NCBI GenBank assembly: GCA_002104905.1
Contig: MCFE01000593.1
Coordinates: 1 to 55,000 of the forward strand
DNA length: 55,000 bases
Source of the DNA: Basidiobolus meristosporus CBS 931.73
Taxonomy: Eukaryota > Fungi > Basidiobolomycota
Direction: 5' to 3'
The notes under the pieces: generated by a model
Seen by the model: the letters and a program-made list of their open reading frames with translations, nothing else
Database searches by the model: none
Told to the model about the DNA's origin: nothing
In this document: positions 14,610-27,529 of the stretch, piece by piece
How the letters are laid out: each line of letters begins with the position of its first letter
How positions within the stretch are numbered: position 1 is the stretch's first letter
Made by a program: the position numbers and the translations under genes

Positions 14610-17600
14610 TGTTGTAAAATCCGTACCTCCACCTAAATATTCACCTAACTTAGTCACTTAGATCATTACCTTCAAATCCTAGAGAATACTGACCAAATTC
14701 CTTGTTGGGATTTACTTAGAATATTTTCACCAAATTACCAGGTACCCAGAACATGAAAAATTCTCAAAGTTGTCCAAACAGCCCCAAACTTTGCACACAT
14801 GTTCTTGGGACCTTCCTTAACCTATTCTACGTGTTTGTAATGCCAAGACCAGGTAAAAGTATAAATACTACTGTTACATTCAATAAATCATTAAGTGAAA
14901 ACCACATAATCTACTTGTTCTCCCAATCACTTCCAATATCTCCAAGACTCTTACAACAGGTTATGAGCCCCAAGCTGTCACTCTCTGCAATGTCTACTAC
15001 AGCTATTACTGGAATTTTTCCCTCTGCTGAAAAGTTGGATGGATCTAACTACCAAGTGTGGAATGTGAAGAAGAAGATGCTGCTACAAGAAAGAGGCCTT
15101 TGGGATATTGTCATGGGAGAAGAATGCCCTCCTAAAAATGTGAGAGAGGAAGCCTTAAAGTCCCAGAAGAAAGAACAAAGTGCCTTTAACTGCATTCGCC
15201 TTAATGTCAAGGACAAATTGCTAATTCAATGCTCAAGAGCAAAAACAGCAAAGAATGCCTGGAAGGCATTAGAAGACACCTACCAGTCATGTTCAGCTGC
15301 CAAGAAAATGTATCTGAGACAAAAATTCTTTACTACAAAGATGCTGCCAGGAGAAGAAATGAAAAATCTAATTAACAGAATTGCCCTGCTGGTAGATGAG
15401 ATGGAATCTGTGGGCGTACCAACTACTGATGAGGATGTGATAGTTACCATCCTGAATAGCCTGACAGACAAGTTTCAGGGCCTTGTATCAGCCCTAGAGT
15501 CCAGAACTGAAGATTTGACCTTAAATTAGGCATATGGAAGGCTCCTGGATGAAGAATTAAGAAAATCAAGCGCCAATAAGAAGGAAGAAGAAAATGCTTT
15601 AATAAGCAATGATAACCAGCAAAGGAGGTACCCAAGACCCTACAAAGGCAACAGCAACCTATTTTGCAACTACTGCAAAAGGAAAGGACACACATCAGAC
15701 CGGTGTCTCAAAAAGAGTGATTATCAGCAAAAGAAGCCTGAATATGGAAATGCTGCAACAACTGAAGATAGACTATTCATATCTGCACTAAATATGACCA
15801 CAAACAAGGATTCTCAGACGTGGTATATTGACTCTGGAGCTTCTCAACACTTTACATACCAAAAAGAACTTTTTACCCAATATCAAGAAATTCCAATTAA
15901 GAAGGTTTTCATGGGTGACAATAGAACACTTGATGCAGTGGGAGAAGGAACTATCCAAGTAAACCTTAGAAGCAGTGAAGGAAGCCATACTCTGACCTTC
16001 AAAGAAGTACTCTATGTACCAGAAATAGCCAAGAACCTACTCTCTGTAAGCAAGGCCACAGCAGAAGGACTCAGTTTCAGTTATGACAATTCTGGATGCA
16101 GGATCACTGATCAAAATAGTGCCCATATTGCTTTGGGCATCAGAGATCAGAATCTATACAAGTTGACTTATATTCCAGCATATTTGGAAGCCAATATAAG
16201 TAACTTAAGTGAAGAAACACTAATGCTTTGGCACAGGAGATTTGGACACATCAATTTTGATTATTTGCGTAAAATGATCAAAGATCAGCTAATTTCTGGA
16301 GTGAAAATTGATCCCCCAGCTAATTTGGAGCACTGTGAAGCCTGCATATATGGGAAACAAGCCAGACAACCGCTCAAGAGCTCTGGGATAATCAAAACTA
16401 AGAAAAAATTAGATCTAATTCACTTGGATCTGTGTGGACCTATGCAAAATTTATCCTTAGGCGGGATGAAGTATTTAATCACTTTTATTGATGATTATAC
16501 AAGATACACATGGGTCTACTTCATGGAGAGAAAGGAAGAAGCTCTGTCTAAGCTCAGGGAATTTAAAGTCATGGTGGAGAGAGAAACTGGTGAAAAAATC
16601 AACAAAATACGCTTTGACAATGGTGGAGAATAAACCTCAAAACTCTTCATCCACTTCTGCAAAATTCATGGGATAAAGCAAGAGACTACTATACCATACT
16701 CCCCACAGCAAAATGGAGTAGCAGAACAAGCTAACAGATCAATAATTGATATGGCAAGATCTATGATCCATGATCAAAAATTATCCTATGATTTTTGGGC
16801 GGAATCAGTTACCACTGCTGTATACCTTAAAAATAGGAGTTATAACAGAATACTTTGTGATTTTACTCCATTTGAAGCATAGTATGGATACAGACCAAGC
16901 TCAGAACATCTAAGAATATTTGGGTGTACAGCATATGCCAAAAAACTGGCTGGAAATCAGTCAAAAATTGAGCCAAAAAGTGTAAAATGCATATTTTTGG
17001 GCTACTGCAATGATAGTAAGACATACAGACTCTACAATACCAAAGCAAAGAAGCTTATCAAGTCCAGGGATGTGTTGTTTGATGAAAACTCAAAATTTTC
17101 ACAAAAAATGACATCAGATGATGACAAAAATTTGATCTCAAGTCCACCAATTGTCAGGATTGAATCAGAGCAAAACAATGAAAATCTTTTCACTCCAGAG
17201 GACTCTACAACCGTGGTTCAGCCTGAATCAGTGCCAAGGAATATCCCATAAGTGATCATTCTAGTATCAAATGCCCGGAGATCCAATTGGACAAGAAATA
17301 GCCCAAGTTACTATATCATTGAGGGTACAAACTTAGCCTATGCCTATTCAGTCCATATTGATGAACCCCAGACTGTAAAAGAGGCCCTAAATAGCCCTCA
17401 GACAAAGTTTTGGAGATCTGCAATGACTGAGGAATATCAGGCCCTGATGGAAAATCAAACTTGGGACTTAGTCAAATTACCAATCAACCAAAAATCAATT
17501 GGATGCAGATGGGTCTTCAAGACAAAATACAAGGCTGATGGCACAATTGAAAGATACAAAGCAAGACTTGTAGCCAAAGGATACTCTCAAACAAAAGGAC

Positions 17601-19294
17601 TTGACTATACTGAGACCTTTGCACTGGTAGCCAAGTTTAATTCCATCAGATTAATATTGGCTATTGCAGCCAAATATAAGTTTTTTATTCATCAAATGGA
17701 TGTAAAAACTGCATTTTTGAATGGAGAACTTGATGAGGACGTGTATATGGACCAGCCTGATGGGTTTGTTGACCAAGACAACCCCCATTTGGTCTGCAAG
17801 CTTAAAAAGTCACTATATAGTTTCAAACAATCACCAAGAGCCTGGAATTGCAAGATAGATTCTTATTTGGAATCTTTGAGTTTCACAAGGAGTAATGCTG
17901 ACTATAGTATATACTATAAGCCAGATAGAGCAAATCCAGCTCTATTATCTCTATATGTGATGATCTTATTATATCCGCCAATAACCTAGAAACATTGGAA
18001 GAGACTAAATCCAGCCTATCTATGGAGTTCAAGATGTCTGATCTAGGAGAACTTAGTTACTACTTAGGGATTAAGTTCTCCATAGACAGAAGTACCCAGA
18101 CTATTACCCTAAGCCAATCCAAGTATATTCAAGTTATACTAAAGAAGTACAAAATGGAAGACTGTAAACCGGCAGCTACCCCAATGGAGACACACCTTAA
18201 CTTGGTCAAAACTCAACCAAATCAAGAGAGCTTGGTGCCATCTGAAAGCCCTAACTTTCCTTATCAATCTATGGTCGGCAGTCTGATGTATATCATGCTT
18301 GGAACACGTCCAGATATCTCATATTCAGTGGGAGTTGTCAGCCAATATAATCAGAGCTATGGATCTGATCATATTGTAACAGCTGGGTGGGCTTTTAAAT
18401 ACCTAAAAGGAGCTGCTGATATCTGCTTAAGATACACTTATAAGAACTCAGAACAGGATCTTGTGGGATACTCTGATGCAGATTGGGGACGAAATTTAGA
18501 AGACAGAAGATCCACCACAGGATACACCTTTCTTTACCGTAAAGGAGCAATTTCATGGAAATCAAGAAAGCAACCAACCGTAGCACTTTCCACCACCAAT
18601 GCAGAGTATATGGCAGCCTGTGAAGCTACAAAAGAAGCAATGTGGTTAAGAAAGCTGTTTACAGATTTAGGCCTATGTCAAAAGATGCCTATTACTTTAT
18701 TTCAAGATAATCAAGGATGTATACAATTAAGTAGAAATCCAACTTTTCATGCTAGAACCAAGCACCTAGATATTAGACATCATTTCATATGTGAAGCTAT
18801 AGAGAATAACTTAGTTAGCTTAGTTTACTGTCCTACAGATGAAATGATTGCAGACATATTTACCAAACCATTAGCTAGAGACAAGTTTGAATATCTTAGG
18901 TCAAAATTAGGACTAGTCAGTATGAACATTAAGCTGAGTGGGAGTGTTGTAAAAGTCCGTATTTCCACCTAAATATTCACCTTACTTAGTCACTTAGATC
19001 ATTACCTTCAAATCCTAGAGAATACTGACCAAATTCCTTGCTGGGATTTACTTAGAATATTTTCACCAAAATACCAGGTACCCAGAACATGAAAAATTCT
19101 CAAAGTTGTCCAAACAGCCCCAAACTTTGCACACATGTTCTTGGGCCCTTCCTTAACCTATTCTACGTGTTTGTAATGCCAAGACCAGGTAAAAGTATAA
19201 ATACTACTTTTACATTCAATAAATCATTAAGTGAAAACCACATAATCTACTTGTTCTCCCAATCACTTCCAATATCTCCAAGACTCTTACAACA
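14610..19294 (+). mobile_element. Full-length, young Ty1/copia element, family A copy 1 (4685 bp)
   Basis: LTRs 14610-14958 and 18945-19294 (TG...CA, ~7 substitutions + 1 indel by eye); 5-bp TSD CTTTT (14605-14609 / 19295-19299); PBS GGTTATGAGCCC 14959-14970; PPT ...GAGTGGGAG before 18945. Confidence 0.95.
14990..18972 (+). pseudogene. Copia-A gag-pol polyprotein (UBN2-type gag, CCHC knuckle, protease, GAG-pre-integrase, integrase, RT, RNase H) with a few premature stops and a frameshift
   Basis: KLDGSNYQVW, CNYCKRKGHTSDRC, WYIDSGASQH, LWHRRFGH..CEACIYGKQ, IHLDLCGPM, FIDDYTRYTWVYF, YKARLVAKGYSQ, QMDVKTAFLNG, GYSDADW, ADIFTKPL. Stops at ~15527, 16631, 16880, 17249; frameshift ~17960. Confidence 0.92.
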
Positions 19295-21057
19295 CTTTTC
19301 AGCAAGTTTGAGATGATCAATCTTGGAAAATTGAGCAAGTTTCTTCAAATTGAAGCAAATATTGATATACCTATACAGAAAGCTGTGTTGAATCAGTCTA
19401 AGTACTTCAGGGACATTCTTAGTTACTTCCAAATGCAAAATTGCAAGCCTGCAGTTAGCCTTATGAACAATAATTTAAAATTGAGCAATTCTGAGCCAGT
19501 TTAAGGTGAAAACAGCTCAAATATGGACCAAAACTTTCTCTATCAATCAATAGTTGGTAGCCTGATGTACTTCAAGCATCTACGCATCCTGATATTGCAG
19601 TGGCAGTTAGAATAGTCAGTCAATTCATGCAGAATTATGGATCAGATCAAATTACAGCAGTTAAGCAGCTTTTCAGATATCTACAAAGTACCATATATAT
19701 GGTTCTGGAATACGCTGGAGTAGGTATTAGGCATAAAGTTGAGTGTTATAGTGATTCAGATTGTGGCAGAGATTTGATTGATAGACACTCAACCACTGGG
19801 TATGTATTTCTTTATGCTGGTGCAGCTATTACTTGGAATTACAAGAAACAACCAGCTGTGACCCTATCTACAGCTGAAGCTGGATACATGGCTACTTGCC
19901 AAGCAAGTAAGGGGGTTATCTGGCAACAGAAATCATTCAAAGACTTAGGCTTTAATTCAAATGAGCCAACATATATTTACTGAAGCCAAATATATGGCTG
20001 CATGTCAAGCAACTAAGGAGGCTATATGGCTACAAACATTATTCAAAGACTTAGGTTTTAATACAGGTGAACCAACATGTATTTACAAGGATAATCAAAG
20101 TTGTATTTCATTAGCAAGGAATTCTACTAATCATGCCAGAACTAAGAACATAGATATACAACATTACTTTGCAAGGGAAGCTGTAGAAAAAGACTTAGTA
20201 GAGTTTGTATACTGTCCAACTGACAAGATGGTGGCAGATATATTGACAAAACCACTAGCTAGACCACAATGTGAGAGTCTCAGAGAGGAACTAGGATTAA
20301 GAAATCATTTAGTTGAGGGAAAGTGCTGAAATATTGGACTATTTGGTATCATTCAGCTGCTAGCAATTTACTTAACAATTCTAGATTAGTCTTGGTCACT
20401 GTAGGACTAATTTGCAGCCCCAACTTTGCCAGTTTCTTCCCAAATATGACTCTATGACTATTCCCCTATAGTGAGCATCAAATTCACACTTTTTGACAAA
20501 CATTATGTACCTGAAGATCTGCTGCTTGAATGTTTAAGTTCAATCAGTTCTTAGCCAAATCAATTAGTTATATGTTTATCCCATCAGTATTATCTATCAA
20601 ATCAGAAGCATTAGTCAGCAAATATATCAGCAGATCCTTATCAGACAGAAATAGATATATTAAGTAGGGTTTTGTTGGGTGATGATGATGCAATCAAATA
20701 AGTCATCAGCCACAGCCTGCATTAGGCAATACAATTAGTAAGCAATTGATCTGGCAAAATGTATATAAGGAGCTGCTGTAACCTTAATAAAAATCAGCTC
20801 AAGTTTTAGTGAATACAATACTAGCTGAACTCCCTATTCCTCTACTACTATTAGACCCAGACTTGTAACCTTGGTAGCAGCAAAACCCAGAAACCTCCCT
20901 CCTGAAGAAAGAAGAGGTCTCCCTCAAGATGTCCAAAAATCAAGAATGGAAGTATGCTATGCAGCAAATCCTGGCCCAACAGCAACAAGGAATGACTACC
21001 ATGGCCCAAAGCCAGCAAAACCCTTTGAGGAGCAACTTTAGTGCAAAGGTCAACTGG

Positions 21058-22134
21058 TGTGGTGGTGTGTAAGTCCAAAGGGCAAAATACGGCCAACACT
21101 TCTCAAGTGTGAATGTTTGTGAGGTGTTCACTGGGTGCAATAACCTCTGCCAAAAGCTTGCTAGTAATACTTGGATTCTGTCTCTACTCTAATATGATGG
21201 GGAATAAAGCCATAAGCTTGTCAAGTGAAAACTATTGAGCTACAATCCCCAACCTAACAGGCACTTAACAAAAGCATGTGCTAATTTCAGTGTTATTTGA
21301 GATGACAATGTACTAAAGCTTCCAAAGTCAAAGCAACTGCAAACTCCACCAACAGGGACTTGATAAAAATGCAGGTTTGACCAATAGTTACAAAGACTGA
21401 AAAGTATCATTGCCTGTACAAGAGCAAACTTGGGAAAACAATCAAATATAATAAAATATATTTACTCTGAGTATCCCTCACAAGTAATGCCTCCAAGGTT
21501 AGTTGACTGTCAATGCAGTTTCCTGGGAGTATTGTCAGGTCCAAGTCAGAAAGTAGTGGTAATAGGTAGTGGTGATCTCACTAATCTATAAGTTGGAATA
21601 TTGGAAGAGGGATGATTTATTTTAAGGGATAGCCTCCCTTATATACTTTTTTGCTGCTCAAATTCTTGCTAAAAAATACTTTGCGGAAGTTTCCGGAAGG
21701 TAGTAGACAGCCAATCATGTCATTGTGTACTACAAATAGCTCAAATTCTTGGCAGATTGTTCCATGAGACATAGTAGCACCTAGCCAATCAGATAGTGTT
21801 AATATGAAACCTCTGTGTCATGTAGTTACCTAATATGGTAGTACGATAGGAGGGTTATGAAGCCAGGATGGTCACATGACATAGGCACTGTTGGGGGTAC
21901 TTGCCTTATATGGTCACTATCTCATCTTGGCATCTTGCGAGGAATAGGAATAGCTTGTGCAATGGGTTAATAGTGACAAATAGTTTGCCAGGTTGCATAG
22001 TAATAATCACATAGACAGATAGAAAATATTGCAATTGGGGATGATACTAATATCAAGGGGGTAATCCTTTTTAGGGAAGTGAACATATGGGAATGAGCAC
22101 ATCTGTCTGTGGGTGTCACTGTGACCCCACTACA
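21058..22134 (-). mobile_element. Solo LTR, family C (1077 bp), inside gypsy-E gag
   Basis: Same termini as the other C LTRs. TSD CTGG/CTGG (21054-21057 / 22135-22138). Removing it restores gag ...AKVNWCHGRVNANLGTWLFQIEE. Confidence 0.9.
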
Positions 22135-24081
22135 CTGGTGCCATGGTAGAGTCAATGCAAACCTGGGAACTTGGCTCTTTCAGATTGAAGAAGCTTTCAA
22201 GGCTGGAAGAATTGCTCCAGAAAGCAAGTTACATTGTGCAGCCTCTTACCTGGCAGATGCAGCTTTACAGTAGTACCACAGCAAGATCAAGTCAGCCACC
22301 ATGATGGGATGCTCTACAATCTCTACCTGGGATGAGCTTGTGTTGGAAATCAGGATGCCTTTGAACCCCCACACTAACAGACACTACTAAGAGGAAAGTT
22401 GAAGACAATCAGATAAAAAGGAATTGTCCAAGAGTACATCTATGAATATAGATGTCTACTTGGGCAAATTGAAAGAATGGACCCTCTGGATCCAGTCAAA
22501 TACTTTATTGATGGGTTGAAAGAAAGAACTTGTAAGGAAGTGAATTATCAAAGACCTCAGACTATCATAGAAGCCATCAAAATTGCCATTGACTATGACT
22601 CTGCTATGTTTGGAGTTGGAAAGCCCACAATGACTAATCAGAGAGGCTACCATCACTATGAAAGAAGACAATTAGAAGCAGTGCCAATAGAAATAGATGC
22701 TATGCAGAAGAATCCTACCTCAAAAGAATGTAGGAAGAAAGGACTTTACTTTAATTGCTACCAGCAGGGACATATTGCAAAGTACTGCCCTCAGAGAAGA
22801 AATGGACACCAGCCATCAAGAACCTTTAACCAAATTGAAGCCCTTGAGCATAGTAACATGGGGGATGAACTTGAAGAAGACTCAGAACCCACCTTCCATA
22901 TGACAGAAGAATACCTATCCAAGAAGACCTCAAACTCAGAAAAGCTGTTATACCTGAGTGGAGTAATCAATAGAGTACCTGCCAAGAGCATGATTGACTC
23001 AGGACCATTGCATGAGTACTTGCCAAAACAATTTGCTTTGAAAGCTGGAATCAATTTGGAATCCACCAGATCAACTTCAGTCTCAACAACTGATGGGAAC
23101 TCTCACATAATCACCTTATTACTCAGCCAGCAAGGATGAAGATCAGTAACTATGAAGAACATCTACAGGCCTATATATATGGGAACTGCAAGTTTGACCT
23201 TGTACTTGGAGAACCTGGCTATTTTGTAGTAATCCATCAATTAACTGGAGAACCAAGGCTACTCAGATCCAGAAGGACAATATGACCTATGAGCTATTAC
23301 ATGCCCAACTGGTCAATTCCAGTGTTGGTGAAACATGTGAACTTAGCAAGAAACAATTCTGTAGAGCACTACAAAAAGGCACCCATATGTTCCTCATGTC
23401 AGTATTACAGGAGGATTCCTCTCCTCCAGTACCCCAGAAGGTCCAGACTGTTTGGAAGGAATATTCAGATGTATTTTCAGATTAGCTTTTGAGCCTTCCA
23501 CCAGTCAGAGACATGGATCATGCCATTGAAACAGGAGATAGCCCTCCAGTGAGAAAGACACCTTACAGAATGAGTCCATTGGAGTGGTATATATCAGACC
23601 CAGCAAGTCATTTTGGGAAGCACCAGTACTTTTTGCAAAGAAAAAGGATGGAGCACTTAGGATGTGCATGGACTACAGAGCCCTCCACTCAGTTACTGTG
23701 AAGAATAAGTACCCCATACCTTGGATTGATGAGCTTTTGGACCAACTTAATGGAGCCACTATATTCAGTAAGATTGACCTCATGTCAGGATACAACCAGA
23801 TTAGGGTGAAGCCAGAAGACATCCCTAAGACAGCATTAAGGATCAGATATGGACATTACAAGTATTTAGTCATGAGCTTTGGCCTCACCAATGCCCCTGC
23901 AACATCCATGACCCTCATGCAGACTGTCTTCCAGGAGTACTTAGACAAGTTTGTGATAATCTACCTAGATGATATACTGATATACAGCAAGACAGAAGAG
24001 GATCACTTAGTGCACATTGAAAAGGTCTTGAAGAAGCTAGGAGAGAACAAGCTTTATGGCAAGCTACCCAAGTGTGAGTAC

Positions 24082-24450
24082 TGTTGAAATATTGGACTAT
24101 TTGGTATCATTCAGCAGCTAAACATTTACTTATCAATTCTAGACTAGTCTTAGTCACTGTAGGACTCATTTACTGCCTTAACTTTGCCACTTTCTCCAGA
24201 TATATGATCTTATGATTATTCCCCTATAATCAGGATCAAATTAGCACTATTACCAAACATTATGTACTAACCCTGAAACTGTTACAGAATGCTCCTGAAC
24301 ATTGAGAAACCCTCCCTACTTAGTGTTACAGCTGTATTACTTCTACAAAGGTATAAATACTGAGCTTGTTTATGAATAAATAACAGTTCAACTATTATCA
24401 CAATTTCTTGATAAGTTCCTTATATCCAAATCACTTCTTAAATTGCAACA
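24082..24450 (+). mobile_element. Solo LTR, copia family B (369 bp), inside gypsy-E RT
   Basis: TG...CA; homologous to 11523-11889 and 20324-20510. 5-bp TSD AGTAC (24077-24081 / 24451-24455). Removing it restores KCEYFKEHVEYL*H. Confidence 0.92.
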
Positions 24451-25856
24451 AGTACTTCAAGGAACATGTTGAATATCTGTGACACATGGTGATTAGCACA
24501 GGAGTGACTTTAGACCCTAAGAAGATTGAAGTCATCAAGAATCTGAAGCAGCCTCATAGCATATTGGAGCTCAAATCATTCCTTGGAATAGTTTCCTATT
24601 ATTGGAGATTTGTCAAGTCCTTTGCAAGAACTGTAGCCCCTTTAACTGATATTCTCAAGAAAGACAATACCTACAAGTGGGACATAATTTGTGTGACTGC
24701 CTTCCAGATGCTCAAGAGTGAACTTGCTAAGCTACCAAGCATAAGTATACCTGACTTCAGAAAAGAGTTTACTCTGTGCACAGATGCTTCAGCTTATGTA
24801 ATTGGTGGAGTGTTGTGCCAAGAGCGCAAGGGAAAGGACTACCCAGTAGCCTTTGAATACAAGAAACTGAACTCAGCAGAACAAAACTATCTGGTGCATG
24901 AGTAGGAAATGCTTGCTGTAATGCACTGTTTGAAAACATGGAGATGCTACATTGAAGGAGTCAAATGCACTGTGAAGACTGATAATGCCTCCCTCAAGTA
25001 TATATTTACTCAGAAGGTACTCTCTAGAAGAATGACAAGATGGAGTGAATACATTCAGCAATTTGATTTGGAGATCATTGACTGTGCTGGGAAAAATAAC
25101 ACGGTTGCTGATGCCTTATCAAGATTAGAACAAGTTGCACAACCCATCTTGGTGCATAAATCAGATTGGCCTAACTTATTACCAAAGTACTTGGAGGACC
25201 AAACCAATCCTAATGAGGTGGATGAAGATACTTAGAGATTATCTGGGATGAAGCCAGCAAATTTGTAGTACAGGATGAAACACTTTACCAAATTGTTGAT
25301 GGAAGCCTTATTGCCTATTGCCCTTATGTTGCTCACCTGGATTTAATATATTATCTAGACAATGGATATGGACATCTTAGAATTGAAGGAGCCTATAGCC
25401 TTGTGAAAGCCAGAGCATGGTGGCCCAGAATGAAACATGACATTGAGAAGCTAGTGAAAACATGCCCAAATTGCCAAATCCACCAAGGCCAACCACAGAG
25501 AATTGTTGAACTCTTTTCCTTGGAGCCTGTAGGACCATTTGAAAGATGGGTAATTGACTTTATTGGAAGACTGCCAACTACCAGGAAATGCAGCTATTGG
25601 ATCCTAGTGGCAATTGACTGAGCCACCAAATGGAGAGTGGCTAAAGCTGTACCTATAGCTGGTGAACAAGAAGTTGCAAGTTTCATCTACCATGAGATCC
25701 TTTTGAAGTTTGGATGCCCTGTAGAGATTCTATCTAATAGAGGTCCAACCTTTATGTCAAAGACAATGGAAGCTTGCCTGGAAATGCAGCAGATCAAGCA
25801 CTTGAAAACCTTGGCATATGACCCCAGAACCAATCGAGTCACAGAATGGTTTTATA

Positions 25857-26557
25857 GACTTGTTCCACTAGCTAGTGCCATTGTGTGCCAGAAAGATATA
25901 GCAGACCTAAACTTGGTAACAGAGTGTGAAATATGACCCTTCATTCTCATGCAAAGCAACCCCTGTGTTTCACCCATTGTGCGTGCGAAAATCCATTTTT
26001 TGACGTTTTTTTTGGATCAATGTTGTGCAGGATGTGAAAGAGCACAGAAGGATTGAAGACATGCACCTGGTACTCAATACTCATGGCACCCTGAATCTAG
26101 CTCCTGTGGCTTGTATGATGTCACAAAAATGCATGGCACTATCTTGGTCCACTGGTACTATCTGGCACTATAGGTGCTTTATATAGGTTTTACCTTAGGG
26201 CTAATATTTAAATATAGTGCCTGATAGTACCAGTGGACCAAAATAGTGCCATGCATTTTTGTGACATCATACAAGCCACAGGAGCTAGATTCAGGGTGCC
26301 ATGAGTATTGAGTACCAGGTGCATGTCTTCAATCCTTCTGTGCTCTTTCACATCCTGCACAACATTGATCCAAAAAAAACATCAAAATATGGATTTTCTC
26401 CAGCACAATGGGTGATACACAAGGATGGCTTTGCATGAGGATGCAGAGCTATGCTTCACACCCTGTGGCCAAGTGTAGGCTTACTTAGTCTCCTTTGCAC
26501 ACTATGGCATCATTTGGCACTCATGGCTCAATATGGCACTATCCAACAGAACAGGTC
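25857..26557. mobile_element. Non-autonomous foldback/MITE-like element: ~316/345-bp inverted arms around a 40-nt loop, inserted in the gypsy-E integrase
   Basis: Arms 25857-26172 and 26213-26557, termini GAC(C/T)TGTTC...GAACAGGTC. The inner ~168 bp differ at only 2 positions by eye. The integrase resumes after it (...TEWF | NELFGKIVPKYANG). Confidence 0.85.
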
Positions 26558-27529
26558 TAATGAACTATTTGGAAAAATAGTGCCCAAGTACGCAAATGGA
26601 GTTGTCAGTAGATGGGATGAGTATATAGACCAAGCACTCTTTGCATGCAGAGTCAGAGTACAAAACACCACCCAACAACTGCTATTTTACCTACTGTATG
26701 GATGTGAAACAATGATTCCAGGAGATCTCACACAACCAAAGATTACAGACACCTTAGAAGATGAACTCAGTCAGCCAATTAGACACCATCAGTTGGAACA
26801 AAGACATTAAGAGGCACAGACCAAAGTATCTCAAAGTGAAGAAAAGATGAAGCAGAGATTTGAAAAGACTGTAGCACCAGATGCATTGACAGTTGGGAAC
26901 TTTGTATTGCTAAGAAACAACACTTGGAAGAAGTTTGAGCCACAATGGACAGGACCATTCAAGTTCATCAGAGAATGTTCATTTTCAACTTACCAACTAG
27001 TGGACAAACCAGGCAATATCTGGGAAGACTTAGAGCATAGGGACAAACTTAAGCTTGCAAGACTTACTGAAAATACTGAACCATCTAGATATTGGTACCA
27101 CAACAAAAAGATTCAGGAGAATCCTCTCAACTTTAGTAGCGGAGAATGTTATGATCTACAGCTTGAATGTTTAAGTCAGATCAGTTTTGCACCTATTTGA
27201 TCAGTTGCATGCTAGCTATCACACCTTGTCCAATCACTATGATCAGGGATTTACTTGCTCAATGGGCAAAATGGCATATTTGAAAGCAAATCAGGTAGCT
27301 TGTGTATTGGTCAAAGAGCCAATTGAGGGCTGACAGCTTCAGGATACTTCTTAACCAATTAGCCGCTGAGATACCATCCAATTGGAATGAAGATAGCCAA
27401 ATTGGTAATTATCAGTGTAGTTTGTAGTGTAATACGCAATTATTTCCATCTACATATAAGAAACATATCCAAATACCGGATTTTACCTACCATAATAGCA
27501 GTATCTGGTTGTGCATGTGATGCAAGCAT

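Larger units (their letters stand above)
11523..20510 (+). mobile_element. Decayed Ty1/copia element, family B (5' LTR 11523-11889, PBS GGTTTAAGCCC 11890-11900, gag-PR-IN-RT-RH, PPT, truncated 3' LTR 20324-~20510), interrupted by copia-A
   Basis: CCHC-like CKYCKKPQHWAQN (~12605), WHIDSGASQH (~12762), integrase remnants, RT YKVRLVTKG, RNase H DNQSC...ARTKNIDIQHYF..TDKMVADILTKPL. RT rejoins across the insert as LKQRKSDLFSKFEMINLGKLSKFLQIE. Confidence 0.85.
20511..27500 (+). mobile_element. Decayed Ty3/gypsy element E (5' LTR ~20511-20870, PBS TGGTAGCAG 20872-20880, gag-PR-RT-RH-IN, PPT, 3' LTR from 27147), carrying three insertions
   Basis: Gag LGTWLFQIEEAF and a zinc knuckle (NCYQQGHIAKYC); protease IDSG; [18 protein letters not shown]...FGLTNAPA...YLDDILIYS; RH TDASAYVIGGVL; IN CPNCQ, DFIG, WDEYIDQALFACR, WTGPF. 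No chromodomain seen. The right boundary is uncertain. Confidence 0.85.

Noticed and set aside
22136-22146. TGGTGCCATGG right after an LTR, resembling a tRNA-His PBS
   Set aside because: It is the CTGG TSD plus host gag sequence; the LTR is a solo insertion in the opposite orientation and its removal restores the gag frame.
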